64,000 nt of DNA from the human T2T-CHM13v2.0 reference genome, Homo sapiens. The translations under genes and the position numbers were made by a program. Below the pieces are notes generated by a model. It saw only the letters and a list, made by a program, of their open reading frames with translations, was not told the DNA's origin and made no database searches. Shown piece by piece: positions 1-13,564 of the stretch (position 1 is the first letter of the stretch; every line of letters starts with the position of its first letter). The stretch is from assembly GCF_009914755.1 (NCBI RefSeq), contig NC_060938.1, one strand, 5' to 3'.

Positions 1-272
1 ATAAAGTTATTGGGCACTTGAAATGTGGCTAGTCTGAACTGATACGTGCTACAAGTATAAAAAACAAACTGATGTTGAAGACTTAGTAAAAAAAAAAAGT
101 GTAAATGATTTCATTATTTTAAAATTGATTGTGTGTTGAAGTAATATTGTTATGTATCTGTTTAAATATATTATTAAAATAGATTTCTTCTGTTTCTTTG
201 TACTTTTTAAACATGACTACTAGAGAATCTTGAAGTACACATGTGGCGGCTTGTATTATATTTCTGACAGCA
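1..272 (+). mobile_element. MER33-like hAT-Charlie MITE, truncated by the window start
   Basis: gcacttgaaatgtggctagt...gaagacttagta...tatattattaaaat...catgtggc...tattatatttct..gacagc follows the recalled MER33 consensus. Confidence 0.75.
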
Positions 273-780
273 ATCCTCTCGATTGAAAAGTAAGCAGGTG
301 CTGCCTAGCAAAAAATATAATAGACAGTGGCCACTCCATTGCCATTTAACCTAGCCCAAACAGAAACATGGTTTGCTTTTGAAAAAGTCTCTGTCTGACT
401 TGCACTGAAGTTGCTAAAAGATTCCCCTCCTTTTCTCTGCTGAAGTTTTCTGTGGTGAAATGAGAGATGCACTCTTATTTTTAGTTTTCAGTCTCTCAGT
501 TCCTCAAGATTGGGGAACATGTTGCACTCTATGCACTCGTTGCATGGCTGCTCACCCACTATGCCTGTAAAATAAAGATCTGCCATACAGCAGAGACGAA
601 CCACAATGATCACCATCAGTGCACACTCTCTTCTATTGGTCCCACCAGATGGTTGCTCATCAGTATTTGTGGTTTTTCATTAGTGTTCACATTTGTAGAC
701 GAAGAATTATTGCTTGTTGATGAGAATTTATTACTAATGAGTAAATGCTGATCTACAGATGGTACTAGAATTCTGGTTAA

Positions 781-1313
<533 letters not shown>

Positions 1314-2677
1314 AGAATATATTTAACTAGAAAAAAAGAAGCAATGAGATTAGAATTATAAATAGAATACACATTCAGTAATCATAGAGGGAAGAACTTG
1401 ATCTAGGAAGGTAATAGCTGGACAGAAGGAATTTCAGATGTGAGTATGGATTTTAGAGCTAAGACGTATCTTCCAGACTGGGGAAAGCTAGAACCCACTG
1501 TGACTCTATGTGTTTAATTACATATTGAGCGCTTCTTATAAAATGATAAATAGCTTGCGCATGTACCCATACATCTGCAACATACCCCAGCACATATATG
1601 TGCACATGTGCAGTCACACACACACACACAGGCAGAGTTCACCTGACACCACCCTCCGTTTATAGCTGGAGGCGTCACCATTCCCATAAGAACCCCTTAT
1701 GGGAAATGTGAAGGTTTTCAAGTATGAATCTGAAAAAGTTTAGAGGATTGTAATGTTTAATCTTGAGACATTTGTTTTTCTGGGGCTGCTTGTACCAGTG
1801 AGCAATTATCAAAACAAGGATTAGCTAAAATCCAGCTTTTGCCAGTTCAGGAAAATCTGTGGGTCAAAGGGAGGAGTTTTTGAAAATCATAAACACATTT
1901 TGAGGGATTAAGCAATTCATTAACAATGTGCCTCTCTGTGGGACCTGCCCTGTTCCTCCCTATTCCAATATTCTTTGCTCCCAAACTCTTACTCTGTCTT
2001 GTGTGTGTGTTTTTTAAATTTCATAATATACTGCCAATTGGAGATAATCTGAATTATAAGATTCCTAAAAATAAAAATAATTCTGTGAATGTAGGGGCCA
2101 TCAGTCCTTCACGTAATTGTGTACATCTGTTCAATAACACCTGAGATACTGTGCTGGAAAAATAAATGGATGGGCTGACTGCGAGGAGAAGGGAGCAAGT
2201 AATTTTTGGAATTTGTAGCACTTTAGGAATTCAGACAGACCTGCAAGGTGCCATGGTGGAGAATGCAGAGTGCCAGGAGGGAATGAGGGCCTTGTGAGAA
2301 GGCATACCAGCTACTGAGAGCAAGCCATAAAGGGAGGTGAGAGGAATGTTGAGGACAAACTCCAACTGGTTCCAGTTTTCCTAGGGCACCATCCATTGGC
2401 TTAGAAGAAGGATAATATATGCTGTTTCCTCCCTCACGCCTCTCATTCCTGCAAGGACTTCTCCCTTCCCCAACCATTCAGACCTCAGGCAAACAAGATC
2501 AATGCTATGACTCAACTCTTTTCTAGGATGCATTTGCTTTTGTTGTCTAGCCTGGAAACTTGATCTTTTTTTTTTTTTTTTAAGAAAAAAGAGATATTCC
2601 CTAATGCAAGTGGGGGAAATGGGGACAAAACAGACTTTTAGGACAAAATAATTCTTAAGATGTAAACAACCCATCTA

Positions 2678-3070
2678 TAGTCATGTATCGTTTAACGACA
2701 AGATATGTCCTGAGAAATACATCATTAGGCGATTTCATTGTGTGAACATCATGGAGTGTACTTATAAAAACCTAGATGATTTCGCCCACTACACACCTAG
2801 GCTATATGGTATAGCCTGTTGCTTCTAGGCATTGGGAGCACGTGACTCTGCTGTGCAGCATGTTATGGTACTGAATACCACAGGCAATTGTAATACAACA
2901 GTATGTGTGTATCTAAACACATCTAAACAGAGAAGGTACAGTATTATAATCTTATGGGATGGTATTATAATCTTATGTGATCACCATATATGGACCGTCA
3001 TATAAAGTATGGTATTTGAATCTTATGGGACCATCATATAGGTGGTCTATCATTATGTGGCACATGGCTG
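2678..3070 (-). mobile_element. Tigger3a/MER7A-like TcMar-Tigger MITE
   Basis: Termini (c/t)agtcatg...catggctg flanked by TA; internal cctaggctatatggtatagcct and tctaaacacatctaaaca match the recalled consensus. Confidence 0.85.
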
Positions 3071-3639
3071 TATATAATTTGCATCCTCTTAATTGCCTCA
3101 GACTTCTAATACAGTAGTGTTTATAACTCTTGACATAATTAACCTATGATCCCAGCATAAAGATAGTCCTTTATATAAAAACATTTCATTTCATAAAAAA
3201 TTCTCTACATTGTCTTTTTAAGATTATTTTCATCATTATTTTGCAGATTCATGAAAATGTTTTTATGGATAGTATGTGGGGTCCTGTGTGGTCAGGCAGC
3301 CTCAGTGCTAGTGCAGCCATCTGGGAATTTTCTCTGTGTTCCATCTGATACCTACAGCAGTCCCAGGCTGACTTCCTTTTCTTCCTCGTTCAAAACCACT
3401 ACCCACTGTGAAACCTATCACCAAATGCCTCTTTCCTGTTTGAGGGAAAATGCTCAGCTCTTGAACCCACTAAGGAACTGGGCTCTTCTCAGCTCATGAT
3501 ACAATATCACCCTTACTTCTGCCCAAGTTGAGTACAGTGACACATGCTTAGCATCTCCATTTCTAGAACCCAACAGCAAAATGAAATCACAAGGGAAAAA
3601 TGCAGAGCATTGCATAGCAGTTATTCTCTTCTATTACAA

Positions 3640-3715
3640 ATGTAACAAGCCTGCACCTGTACCCCCTGCATCCAAAATAAAAGTTGAAATTATTTAAATA
3701 ACAACAAAAAAACAA
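3640..3715 (+). mobile_element. Very short L1 3'-end fragment
   Basis: gtaacaagcctgcacctgtaccccctgcatccaaaataaaagttgaa plus an A-rich tail. Confidence 0.6.
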
Positions 3716-3724
3716 ATACAAGGA

Positions 3725-4131
3725 GATGGGGATGCCAGTAAGCATTTAACAACTGGATCTGTGAGGGAAGCCCTAATTTGTAGCATCTGCAGATTTCTTT
3801 GTTGGAAATACTCCCATTACGACTGATGTCTTGCTACCAGTGTGACATCACTGAATGTGAGGTTGGGGAGAGATGTACAGTAACACATCATGACAGTACT
3901 TCCAGCACTCAGATTCAGAGGGACCACAAGAGCACAAATAATAGTAAAATGAGTAACAATTAACAAGTGATGACCTTAGAGTATTTATTACCTTTGTTTT
4001 CAATATAATATAATTATGTTTATACAATTTAATTTTTAATATCAGCTGTGTTTAACAATTGGCTCACAAAATTTCCCAAATTTGACAATGGGTTTTGTGA
4101 GGCAGGGCTGTGGGTTCCCAGCATACCACCG
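3725..4131 (-). mobile_element. MER63-like hAT-Blackjack element
   Basis: gagtatttattacctttgtttt, gctgtgtttaacaa, terminal ccagcataccac match the reverse of the recalled MER63 consensus. Confidence 0.7.
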
Positions 4132-5518
4132 ATGTGCATCTACCTTGAGCAGGGAACTCTTCACCTGAACGTTAAGTAGGGATGTGCCTTGTGACAAGGC
4201 TTTCTGAAATGATGGCTGTAAGGATCTGCCACAAGTGAATTGGGACACAATCAAACACTTAAAATCCTATGTTCATCTCTGATACGTCTGGGTTTTTGTT
4301 AGAGATTCCCATCCTAGCATTGACCTTACTCAAAGCTGCTCAACTTGCAAATTCTAGCGTGCTTGTAGCCAGAGGTAGTGTAGCTTCAAGCATAGTTAAC
4401 TTACATGCCTAAGTCAAGAGGGAGTTGACCCTGTTATTCAGAATCACTGTTACACGTGTGTGAAAAGTAATGGGGTTATATTTTGCTTGCGTTAACTATG
4501 TTTAGATTTAAATGAGTATAATTTTCTAAAACAATAACATAAATCCCAGAGAAGAAAACCTGTCACTCGCAAGAAAGCAAAGCCAGAAAGAAGCATTCCA
4601 ATATCTCCCTTTCCCCTTTAACTGGGTGGTTAGTCTTCTGACAACCCAAAATATTATTTTAGGAGCTTGAGACACAGGGAGAGGGCACAGACAACCCGAG
4701 AGAAAAGGTTACAATCACAGTTTGGTGAAGAGAAAATACTCTCAAAGATAATATGCCATGACATATTGTACTGAAGTGTGGCTTTCCATGAGAAATTCCA
4801 CATCACAAGGTTCTCATGTAATACAGGACTAAAGTCATCCCTAATCTTAAAATCCAATGTCTAAGTGCTAGCACAACCTGCTGTGAAAGAAGCCTCTTAA
4901 ATAAATCCTACACGCTGTAATATTTCTGCCACGAAACAGAACACGTGTGCCAGGATAACTCCCGGCAAAGAAAGTTACAGAAACCAAAAGAGTAAACAGA
5001 ATTCTTTCTGTCCACTCAGCCCATCTTTTACTTGTAGACAAGGTTTTGCCACACATGGACTGCCCATTTTAGGGTTAAAGAGCCCATGCAGAGATTTGAC
5101 CTTTAAAGAGAAAAAGAAAATGAAAATTGTATGACACCCTCAATAGGGGATATTTTGAAAGCTAACTTGGGATGGTTTGTCTAAAATGTATGACCAGGGA
5201 ATTTTTACCAATGGAAGGTCGGCAGAGTCTTCATCTGAGAATTCCTGATCAAGAGTGACAGGGCTGGATACCTAGAGGCAAGACCTCAGCCTTCACACCC
5301 CAAAACAGCACCATGGCTTCCACATAACTCAGGAAACACCCTCTGTTTTTTATTTCCATTATTTTTGAAAAGTTTCAGGTTGCTATATTCAGTTTTTTGA
5401 TCCTATCTATATTTCCTAATCAGATGTTCAACAGCTTTAACATCTATGTGACTATGACATGCAAAACACTGGTGCTGAGACCTAGAAAGTCAGTTTTCCC
5501 TTATTTGTGTTTACTGAG

Positions 5519-6263
<745 letters not shown>

Positions 6264-6282
6264 CCTAACATATGCTATAGAG

Positions 6283-7042
6283 CCACATTGTTCTTCCACG
6301 TCACAGTGGATGGCGAGCCCTGGGGCCACATCTCCTTCCTTGAGCTGTTTGCAGACGGTTCCAGAGATAGCAGACAACTTTTGTATTCTGACTATTATGG
6401 GTTGAACTGTATTCCCCCACACCCAATTCATATGTTGATTCATATGCTGGAGTCCTAACCCCCTAGATCTTTGACCACTGGAGAGAAAAGAAGTATTCCT
6501 GCTTTCACAGAATTATTCCAGGGGTTTTATGCCAGGGTGGTGACTTCATATGCCATAGTGGTACTGACACAAGTCCATCTACGGGGAGAAATTTGAGGAT
6601 GAGAACTTCATCCTGACACATACAGGTCCTGGCATCTTGTCCATGGCAAATTCTGAACCCAACATCAACAGTTCCAGTCTATCATCTGCACAGCTGGGCC
6701 TGAGTGGTTGGATGGCAAGCATGTGGTTTTTTGGCAAGGTAAAGACAGAAGGAATATCTTGGAAGGCACAGAGTGCTTTGGGTCCAGAAATGGCAAGACC
6801 AACAAGAAGATCGCCATTGCTAACTGTGGACAACTCTAATAAATTTGGCTTGTGTTTTATCTTAGCCACCACACTGTTCTTTCTGTAGCTCAAGAGAGTA
6901 TCCCTCCATCCCATCTGTTTGCAATGTCCATTATCTTTGTGCTCTTGTTGCAATTCTTTGGGTTCCATATTTTCCTTATTCTCTAAGTCTAGCTGGATTA
7001 CAGAGTTAAGTTTATAATTATGAAATAAAAAATAAATAACAA
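6283..7042 (+). pseudogene. Processed PPIA (cyclophilin A) pseudogene; possibly PPIAP5 if the locus assignment is right
   Basis: Intronless match to PPIA mRNA: gatggcgagccc..gagctgtttgcagac (DGEP..ELFAD), tcctgctttcacagaattattccaggg (SCFHRIIPG), aagtccatctacggggagaaatttgaggatgagaacttcatcctg ([15 protein letters not shown]), gagtggttggatggcaagcatgtgg (EWLDGKHV), stop near 6842, 3'UTR ending tgaaataaaaaataaataacaa. No ATG, several frameshifts, 79-bp insertion. Confidence 0.95.
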
Positions 7043-7678
7043 GAACAAATGGTTATCTTCCCAAAATAAAATATCACATAGCACTCAAAATGCTAATGAT
7101 GTAAAAAAATCCAATGAGAGGGAAGATGGTGGGGAGTGGAGGGAGAAATGTTAATATTTCTCCCTCGTTTGTTGGCTCATGGGTGATTTTTATGGCCTTA
7201 AGTAGCAATATTTTCTAAATTCTTTACAAAAGACATGAATAACCATTATAATTAGAAAAATATATTAAAAAACTTGGGTACCAGAATACATAAAACAATT
7301 TCTTATGGGAATGATCTTGAGATAATTTGGCCTAGTATTTAATTCATATAAATATTTTATTTTAATATGTATATACATAAGTGGACACAAATCTTAAGTG
7401 TACAGCATGATAAATTTTCACAAAATAAAGTAGCCACATAAACAGCACCCAGATAAAAAATACCAGCATCCCAGAGACCTCTCATGTTCTCTTCTATTAC
7501 TATCCCCTAAAGGTAACTGTTACTCTGTCTTCTAACACTATCAATGGCTTTACCTCTTTAAAAAAATGTTACATAAGTGGAATCATACAGTATATACTCT
7601 TTTTACTCAGTGTTTTTTGGTGCGGTTCCTCCTATTTTCACACGTAGACATAGCTTGTTAATTCTCATAGCCAGATAG

Positions 7679-7895
7679 CACGGGTTGGCAAACTATGGCT
7701 TACAGGCTTACAGGCCAGCTGACTGTTTTGTAAATAAAGCTTTATTGGAACACAGCCATACTCATTCCTTTATGTCTACGACTGCTTTCATGCTACAATG
7801 GCAGCACTGAGTAACTGTAACAGAGATCATATGGCCCTCAAAGCCTAAAATATTTACTATCTGGCCCCTTACAGAAAAAAGTTTGCCAACCCCTG
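7679..7895 (+). mobile_element. MER58A hAT-Charlie MITE
   Basis: cacgggttggcaaacta...aataaagctttattggaacacagcc...gtttgccaacccctg; degenerate 8-bp TSD ccagatag/cgatatag. Confidence 0.88.
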
Positions 7896-7983
7896 CGATA
7901 TAGTATTATGTGCCTATGCCACAATCTATTTATCCACTGTACCGTTGATGAGCAACTGTGTTGATTTTAGTTTGGGGCTATCA

Positions 7984-8098
7984 TGGAGTTGCCAGATTTA
8001 GCAAATAAAAATACCTAATGTCTCCTTAAATTTGAATTTCAGACAAACAATAAATATTTTTAGTGTAAGTATATCCCAAATATTGTATGGCAACCCTA
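7984..8098. mobile_element. MER53 hAT MITE, internally deleted
   Basis: gttgccagatttagcaaataaaaatac...aaatttgaatttcaga...ggcaacccta. Confidence 0.8.
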
Positions 8099-8643
8099 GG
8101 CTATATGAATACATGTATGAATATATGAATAGCATAACTATGAACATTTGAATAGGTAACTTTTGGTGAACACATATACACAACTCTGTTAGGTATATTG
8201 CTAGCAGTGAAATTGCTCAGCCATAAAGGATGTGTATGCTCATGCTTAGCAAATACTAATAAAGATTTTTCCAAAGCAGTTTTACCAGTTTACAGTTTCA
8301 CTAGCAGTGTAAGATTTGTTTCTTATCTTTGGCAATGCTTAGTATAGTTGGTCCTTTTAATTTTAACCAATGTGATGGGTATGTAGTGGTATCCCATTAT
8401 AGTCTTAATTTATATTTTCCTGCTGACAAATGAATTTAAGCATTAGTTGGGCTGTCTTTTTCGTGATGGCCAGTGATTTATTATATGTTCTAGCTTCAGT
8501 TGGTGAACTAGAACAATTATATATCCTTTCTCTTTGTCTCTTCATTTTCTCTCTCTTCAGAATTTGACTTGGGGAAGAAGAAGAAAAGAAGGTGGATTTC
8601 AGCATGAAAGAATCTAAACAGTCATTAGTGAACAAATGTGTAG

Positions 8644-8855
8644 CAGTGCTGTCCAACAGAACTTTCTGAAGAAGTAATGGGAATACTCTGTATCTGTGAT
8701 GTCCTGTATGGTAGCCACTGGCCTCACACAGCTCTTGAGCACTTGAAATGTGGCTACTGTGACTGAGTAATTGAGTTTTAAAATTTCATCAATTTTAATT
8801 AATTGAAATTTAAATAGCCACATGAGGCCAGTGACTACAGAATTGAACAGCACAG
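8644..8855 (+). mobile_element. MER3 hAT-Charlie MITE
   Basis: cagtgctgtccaacagaactttctg...gagcacttgaaatgtggcta...aaatagccacatg...gaacagcacag. Confidence 0.85.
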
Positions 8856-9459
8856 GTCTCACAGATGGACTAAGAGTAAGCCAGTTACGAAGAAGCTTAT
8901 ACAGGAAGACCGGCTAAAATATGTCAAAGGAGAGTTTCTCTTTCTGAACTCCGAGGAGCTGTTCAAATAAGACTGGTCTGGAGAGAGTTTTGGGTGGCTG
9001 GAGGTATTTTCACCCCTCCACTTACTGTGCCTAACCTTAGTATTGTTGCCATTCTCACGTTTCTGTATGACTCCATCTCCCTTGTTCTGTTCCGATGCCG
9101 CTTTTTCAGTTTTTCTGAGCTCTCAATTAAACACAGTGAAATGAATCTCCTCCAAGTGCCTTTTTAGTGACTAAACTGAATAGTTGGCTCAGAATGCTAC
9201 AAAGTCCTCTCCCTCAGGAAGAACCAAGTTTTACCATTAAGATCCTGATAGATTTACCAGCTTTAACTGACACCTCTTGGGGTGGCTTCCAGATTCACAC
9301 TTTCTCCTTTTTGAGAAGACTCCCAGACACACGGGGATAGGTCCTGAGTGATCATATTTGAGCCACACAATCTTGTTACGCTTGCTGTAGATCCATGGTT
9401 CAAAAACATTCAAGTGTGTCTGACTCAGCTGGAGGACTTGTGAAGACACATGTGGTGGG

Positions 9460-9575
9460 ACCCATCCCTAAAGCTTCTTTTCCAGTAGGTGTGTAGGTGT
9501 GGCCCAAGTATCTGCATATCTAACAAGTTCTCAGGTGATACTGATGTTGCTGGTCTGGGGATTGTACTTTAAGAT
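9460..9575. mobile_element. MER5A fragment
   Basis: tctgcatatctaacaagttctcaggtgatactgatgttgctggtctgggga. Confidence 0.65.
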
Positions 9576-9589
9576 AATTAAGTCAGGGA

Positions 9590-10320
9590 CTGTTGCCTGA
9601 CATAGGACAATAAGCTTCTCTCAGGAATTTGAAATTTGGAACAAAGAGCTCGGAGTCTTAGTGCTAGTAGACCAGTGCTCTGGAGAGGTCTGAAAACTAC
9701 CACTGCTTAGGTTCCTAGTTTGTCCAGTTCCTGTTTGTCTTGAGCCTTGGTTGTCTAATCCTTTGAATAAATCCCATTACATTCTTTGTTTTGCATAAAC
9801 TGGCCATAGAAAGTTCTTGTTGTCTGCCCCTAAAAGAACTTTAACTAAAGTGTGAGTATGTCAGTTAAAGTGTTCCACCAAAAAAACAGAAACGATTCTA
9901 AGTAGTATTTAAAACAGAGATAATGTGGTCCAGAGAATTGGCCATACTGTGATAGAAGATCTGTGAAGCCAAACACCCAACGCAGAGATTAGCAACAGCA
10001 GGAAGCTATCTCTACCGCTAGGCAAGAGGGACAAAGGGAGAAGGTGGTGTTACAAGGCCAGGGTGACCTGGAAGAAGCTGGAACCATGACAGACCAGTCC
10101 AACAAGGAAAATGCTGCTGCCACTGCCAGAAACATCACCCAATGCACCTCTGAGGAAGTGAAGAAATTCCCTAGCTTCTCTCTTCCTCCTGCCTACAATC
10201 CCCCAGCAGTGCCTCTCCATGCTGGGAAGCTTGGGAAAAGCTCCCTATGTTACTGAGGACAGCAGGGGATCCTGAGGAAGAACATATAGATCTGAGAACA
10301 AGTCAAGGACTGGCACTGTT
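9590..10320. mobile_element. Ancient LTR-like sequence (MaLR/ERVL class, probably two pieces)
   Basis: MLT1-like 3' end (gaataaatccc...aaagaactttaactaa) followed by tgtcagtt..aaacagaaac..cagagaattgg; subfamily not assignable by eye. Confidence 0.4.
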
Positions 10321-10529
10321 CAACCCTGAATTTCTCATTTTAGTCTTCAAAGTACATTTTGCCTACTTACCAATTAGAGTGAGATAATATGTGCATGCTA
10401 TATTCTTTCTAATAGTCTCTGTTAAGAATAAGAATTTTTAATTTAAATGGGTTTTTATTACCTTGTTCCATAATTAGGCCTGACATTTCTGAGATAATCT
10501 TTTGGGAAAAATTGCAAATGATATCAAGA

Positions 10530-10750
10530 ACTAACATTTGTATAGTGCTTTTCAGTTTGAAAAATATTTTTACATGCTTCATTTAATTTAATCCTCAAAA
10601 ACCTCATGAAATATATATTATTATTAACCCTATTTTATAAATAAGGAAACTGAGGCTCAGAGAGAATAAATAACACAAATATGCAAAGTAACATGGATCA
10701 CAAATAATGGAATGGCACAATCCCAAACCTGGGCTTAGCATACAACCTTG
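10530..10750 (-). mobile_element. MIR
   Basis: Core ccctattttataaataaggaaactgaggctcagagag. Confidence 0.85.
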
Positions 10751-13339
10751 ATTGTTGCAAAACACCAAGCTATTGCATGAAAGTACACGCAAGGCTACAC
10801 ACTTTCATTTCTTTCTCTCTGTTGATAACTCATTTCCTCCTTTATCTAAAATCCAGTATCTAGAGTAAAACCTTATAACCAGCACTGAGAGAGGTGATTT
10901 TAAAAGATCATCAAAATGCTTCGTGGTGCCTTCTCCTCATCCCCTACCTGTATAGACTGTCAAATCTGTTCTTAGTGGTCTCACAGGTTCCTAATTAATA
11001 GGCCACGATTATGGGATGAGGCAGGGCTTTTCATAAGGTCTTCAGAACAGCAGCAGTTATGTAAAATGAAAAGATAGAAAGTAAAGAAACCCATTTTGAC
11101 TGAGAATATCAATTAGCTAGACAGAGTGGGTGTTTTTGATGATTTATGAGACTACTTGGCCACCTAGAAAAAATTAAATGCAAACATACACAATGATTGT
11201 GTATGAAAGTGAGTGAGAGAGAGTGTGTGTGTGAGTTTCCTTCTGTCTCCAAAGAAGTGGTTAAGCCTCCTCTGCTGCTAGTTCTACAGACTGTATTTCT
11301 CATGTTAAAGAGCCATCTTTGTTTCCCTTGGTTACCAATGAAACTGTGCAGGGATCAGTTCAAATCCATCACCACTTGCAGATAATTTTTCCAAACACAA
11401 TGCCCTCTTTCTACATCTATTATCTATATTTATAGCTATTAGATAGGAAGAGCAGTTCACATGTGCATTTCTCCACATTTATGTGCTTACAGTCTATTGT
11501 GTATGCTGTCCTTTATATGGAGATGACTATGTCACATGGCACATCCCTATAATATTGTTAAAGAGAATGGAATTTTTGTTTTCAGACAGACTGCATCTTC
11601 TCCTTCATTACTGAAGAGCCAAGAGAACTTGTTGTAAGGTGATTTCTCCATTAAAATTACTCCTCAGAGTGTGCCTCAGTAACATACTTTTATCTACAAG
11701 GATAAGCCCTGTCTTAACAGAAAGGCTCCACATTCAATTTATTGACTCAATAAATTTCAGGCTCACTGATTATGTTTCAGTCTAAAAGCTTTACACAGTT
11801 ATAAAATTAGAAGAGCCTTTAGAATCATCCCAGGTCAAGTTTCTCTCTGAATATTTTTCCACCATGAACTGCGTTACATTAAGTCTACCCATTAGTTAGA
11901 ATATCAGTGATTATATCCTTGATCTGATGGCCAGGGGAAAATTTATATTGTCAGAGTTCATTTTAGATAATATTTGAAATGGAAGAAGTAGCTGAGGACA
12001 GAAGAGCAACATTCAAAGCTATCTTCTTTCGGGGGAGAAAAGTGGGTCTTGTCTATAAAGAACAGGCTTGTTAAAAGAACATCAGAATTCATCGCTAAAC
12101 ATCTCTCTGAGCAAAACAAAGCATTTCCTCTCCCCTGAGATCCTCAACTAATTTCATAAATATTTTTTCACTTGAACCCAACTTAGTGTTGCAGAATGAA
12201 AGGAGAAAATAAATGATAAGAGTTCCACCAACACTTCAGTAGGGAGTTGTCTGAAATCTTAATTGTGAACCTTTTTTTCACAAGATGCACAGTCTTCTAG
12301 AGATTTTGCTAGTGGAACGGGTGTGTGAGCTGATCATTATATGGAATTGAGACACATCAAATGCCATTAAAATTTACATTTACAACTCGAGTAACTAAAT
12401 GCATTGATTCTTTTCATATTAAAAGACACTTGGTATTCACTGAATAATGAAAAATGCCACGGAAAAAATTATGTATTAACAATACAACCTGCCTAAAGGG
12501 TCAGAATTCTGCTACACACCTTTTGCTTACCTTTAAATAAATATTTAGGTGTGTTAAGAGCAGGGCAATTCTTGAACGGCACGATGTTGTTTGGTTTAAT
12601 GTCTTTATAAAAATATTTGAAAAGGTATGGAAAATGAGGTGAGAGTGTTGTGGATTTAAAAACATGTGTATACATAGATACACAATTATTAAAACTTTAG
12701 ACAAGGACGTTTTCTTCCTGGGAGTGGAGAGCCACCAGCGCGGGAAGTCTGCTGCAGGGATGAACAAAAGCATGGCTGCACGATAGTATTATCTTTGCAG
12801 CAGCAGCAGGCGCCCTGACGGAGGGTTGCGGCGACTGTCTAGTCTATCACACCGCACTTCTGGTAGTGACAACCTCCGTTATTCTGTCAGCTCAGCCGAC
12901 TAAGTGGTTCCCCGCGTTCTGCCTGGTCACCTTGTCTCCGTTAAACGGGAAGCAGAAAAGAGAAAGGTGAATTGAGGGGGTACAAGGAGATTCCTCCGCC
13001 TTGGGACCGGCGTCGCCCCATCCTCTGGAAGTGTTGAGCGGGGAGAATTCGAGGACCGTATTTAACCCAGAAAACAGTAAGCCCTCTGAATTAGCTGCTA
13101 CGCCTGGGGAAGGCAGAAAAGTCTTAATCGTCCCTTCCCAGCAGGGACCAAGAAAGACCAGTTAGAGCGAGCCTGGCCGGACCACGCGAGCCCCGGACCT
13201 CTCCGATCCTTCAGAGCCCGCGCCGGGCAAAGTAGAGGTCAAGTCAACACACACGACCGCAGGGCAGCCCTCCCACTCTCCCGTGCGGTCCGCAGCTCGG
13301 CTTCGGAACGACCACCGCTAACACTGCAAGGCTGTAAGG

Positions 13340-13564
13340 CTGGGAGGGGGCGGGTCCTGAAGGGGGCGGGAATAAGAGGCGGGGCAGAAGGGCGGAGGAG
13401 TGTGTCGGGAGATGTAGTTCCGCGAGTCCCGACAGCAAAGCTGTCCCGGCTCCGCTAATAGATTGGGACCACTACTCCCAGGAGTCTGCGCGCCCGACCG
13501 GAGCGTCCATGCGCAGTGGGAGCCACTTTGTATCCTATCAGGCGAGGAGAGGGTGATGTCACCT
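13340..13564 (+). promoter_or_regulatory. TATA-less core/proximal promoter
   Basis: GC boxes (ggggcggg at 13347 and 13363, ggcggggc at 13378); two ACTACA/ZNF143-type motifs (13407-13418 reverse, 13468-13486 forward); reverse CCAAT (attgg 13462-13466); NRF1-like catgcgca 13508-13515. Confidence 0.8.

Larger units (their letters stand above)
7350..8470 (-). mobile_element. Old L1M (L1MC/L1ME-type) 3' region, interrupted by MER58A and MER53
   Basis: aaatcttaagtgtacagc, ggaatcatacagtatatactc, tttggtgaacacatatac, gaaattgctcagccataagg, gtagtggtatccc are typical reverse L1M text. Confidence 0.75.

Noticed and set aside
6579-6968. 129-aa (-) and 83-aa (+) ORFs over the PPIA pseudogene
   Set aside because: Antisense or frameshifted readings of a decayed retrocopy; no intact cyclophilin frame.
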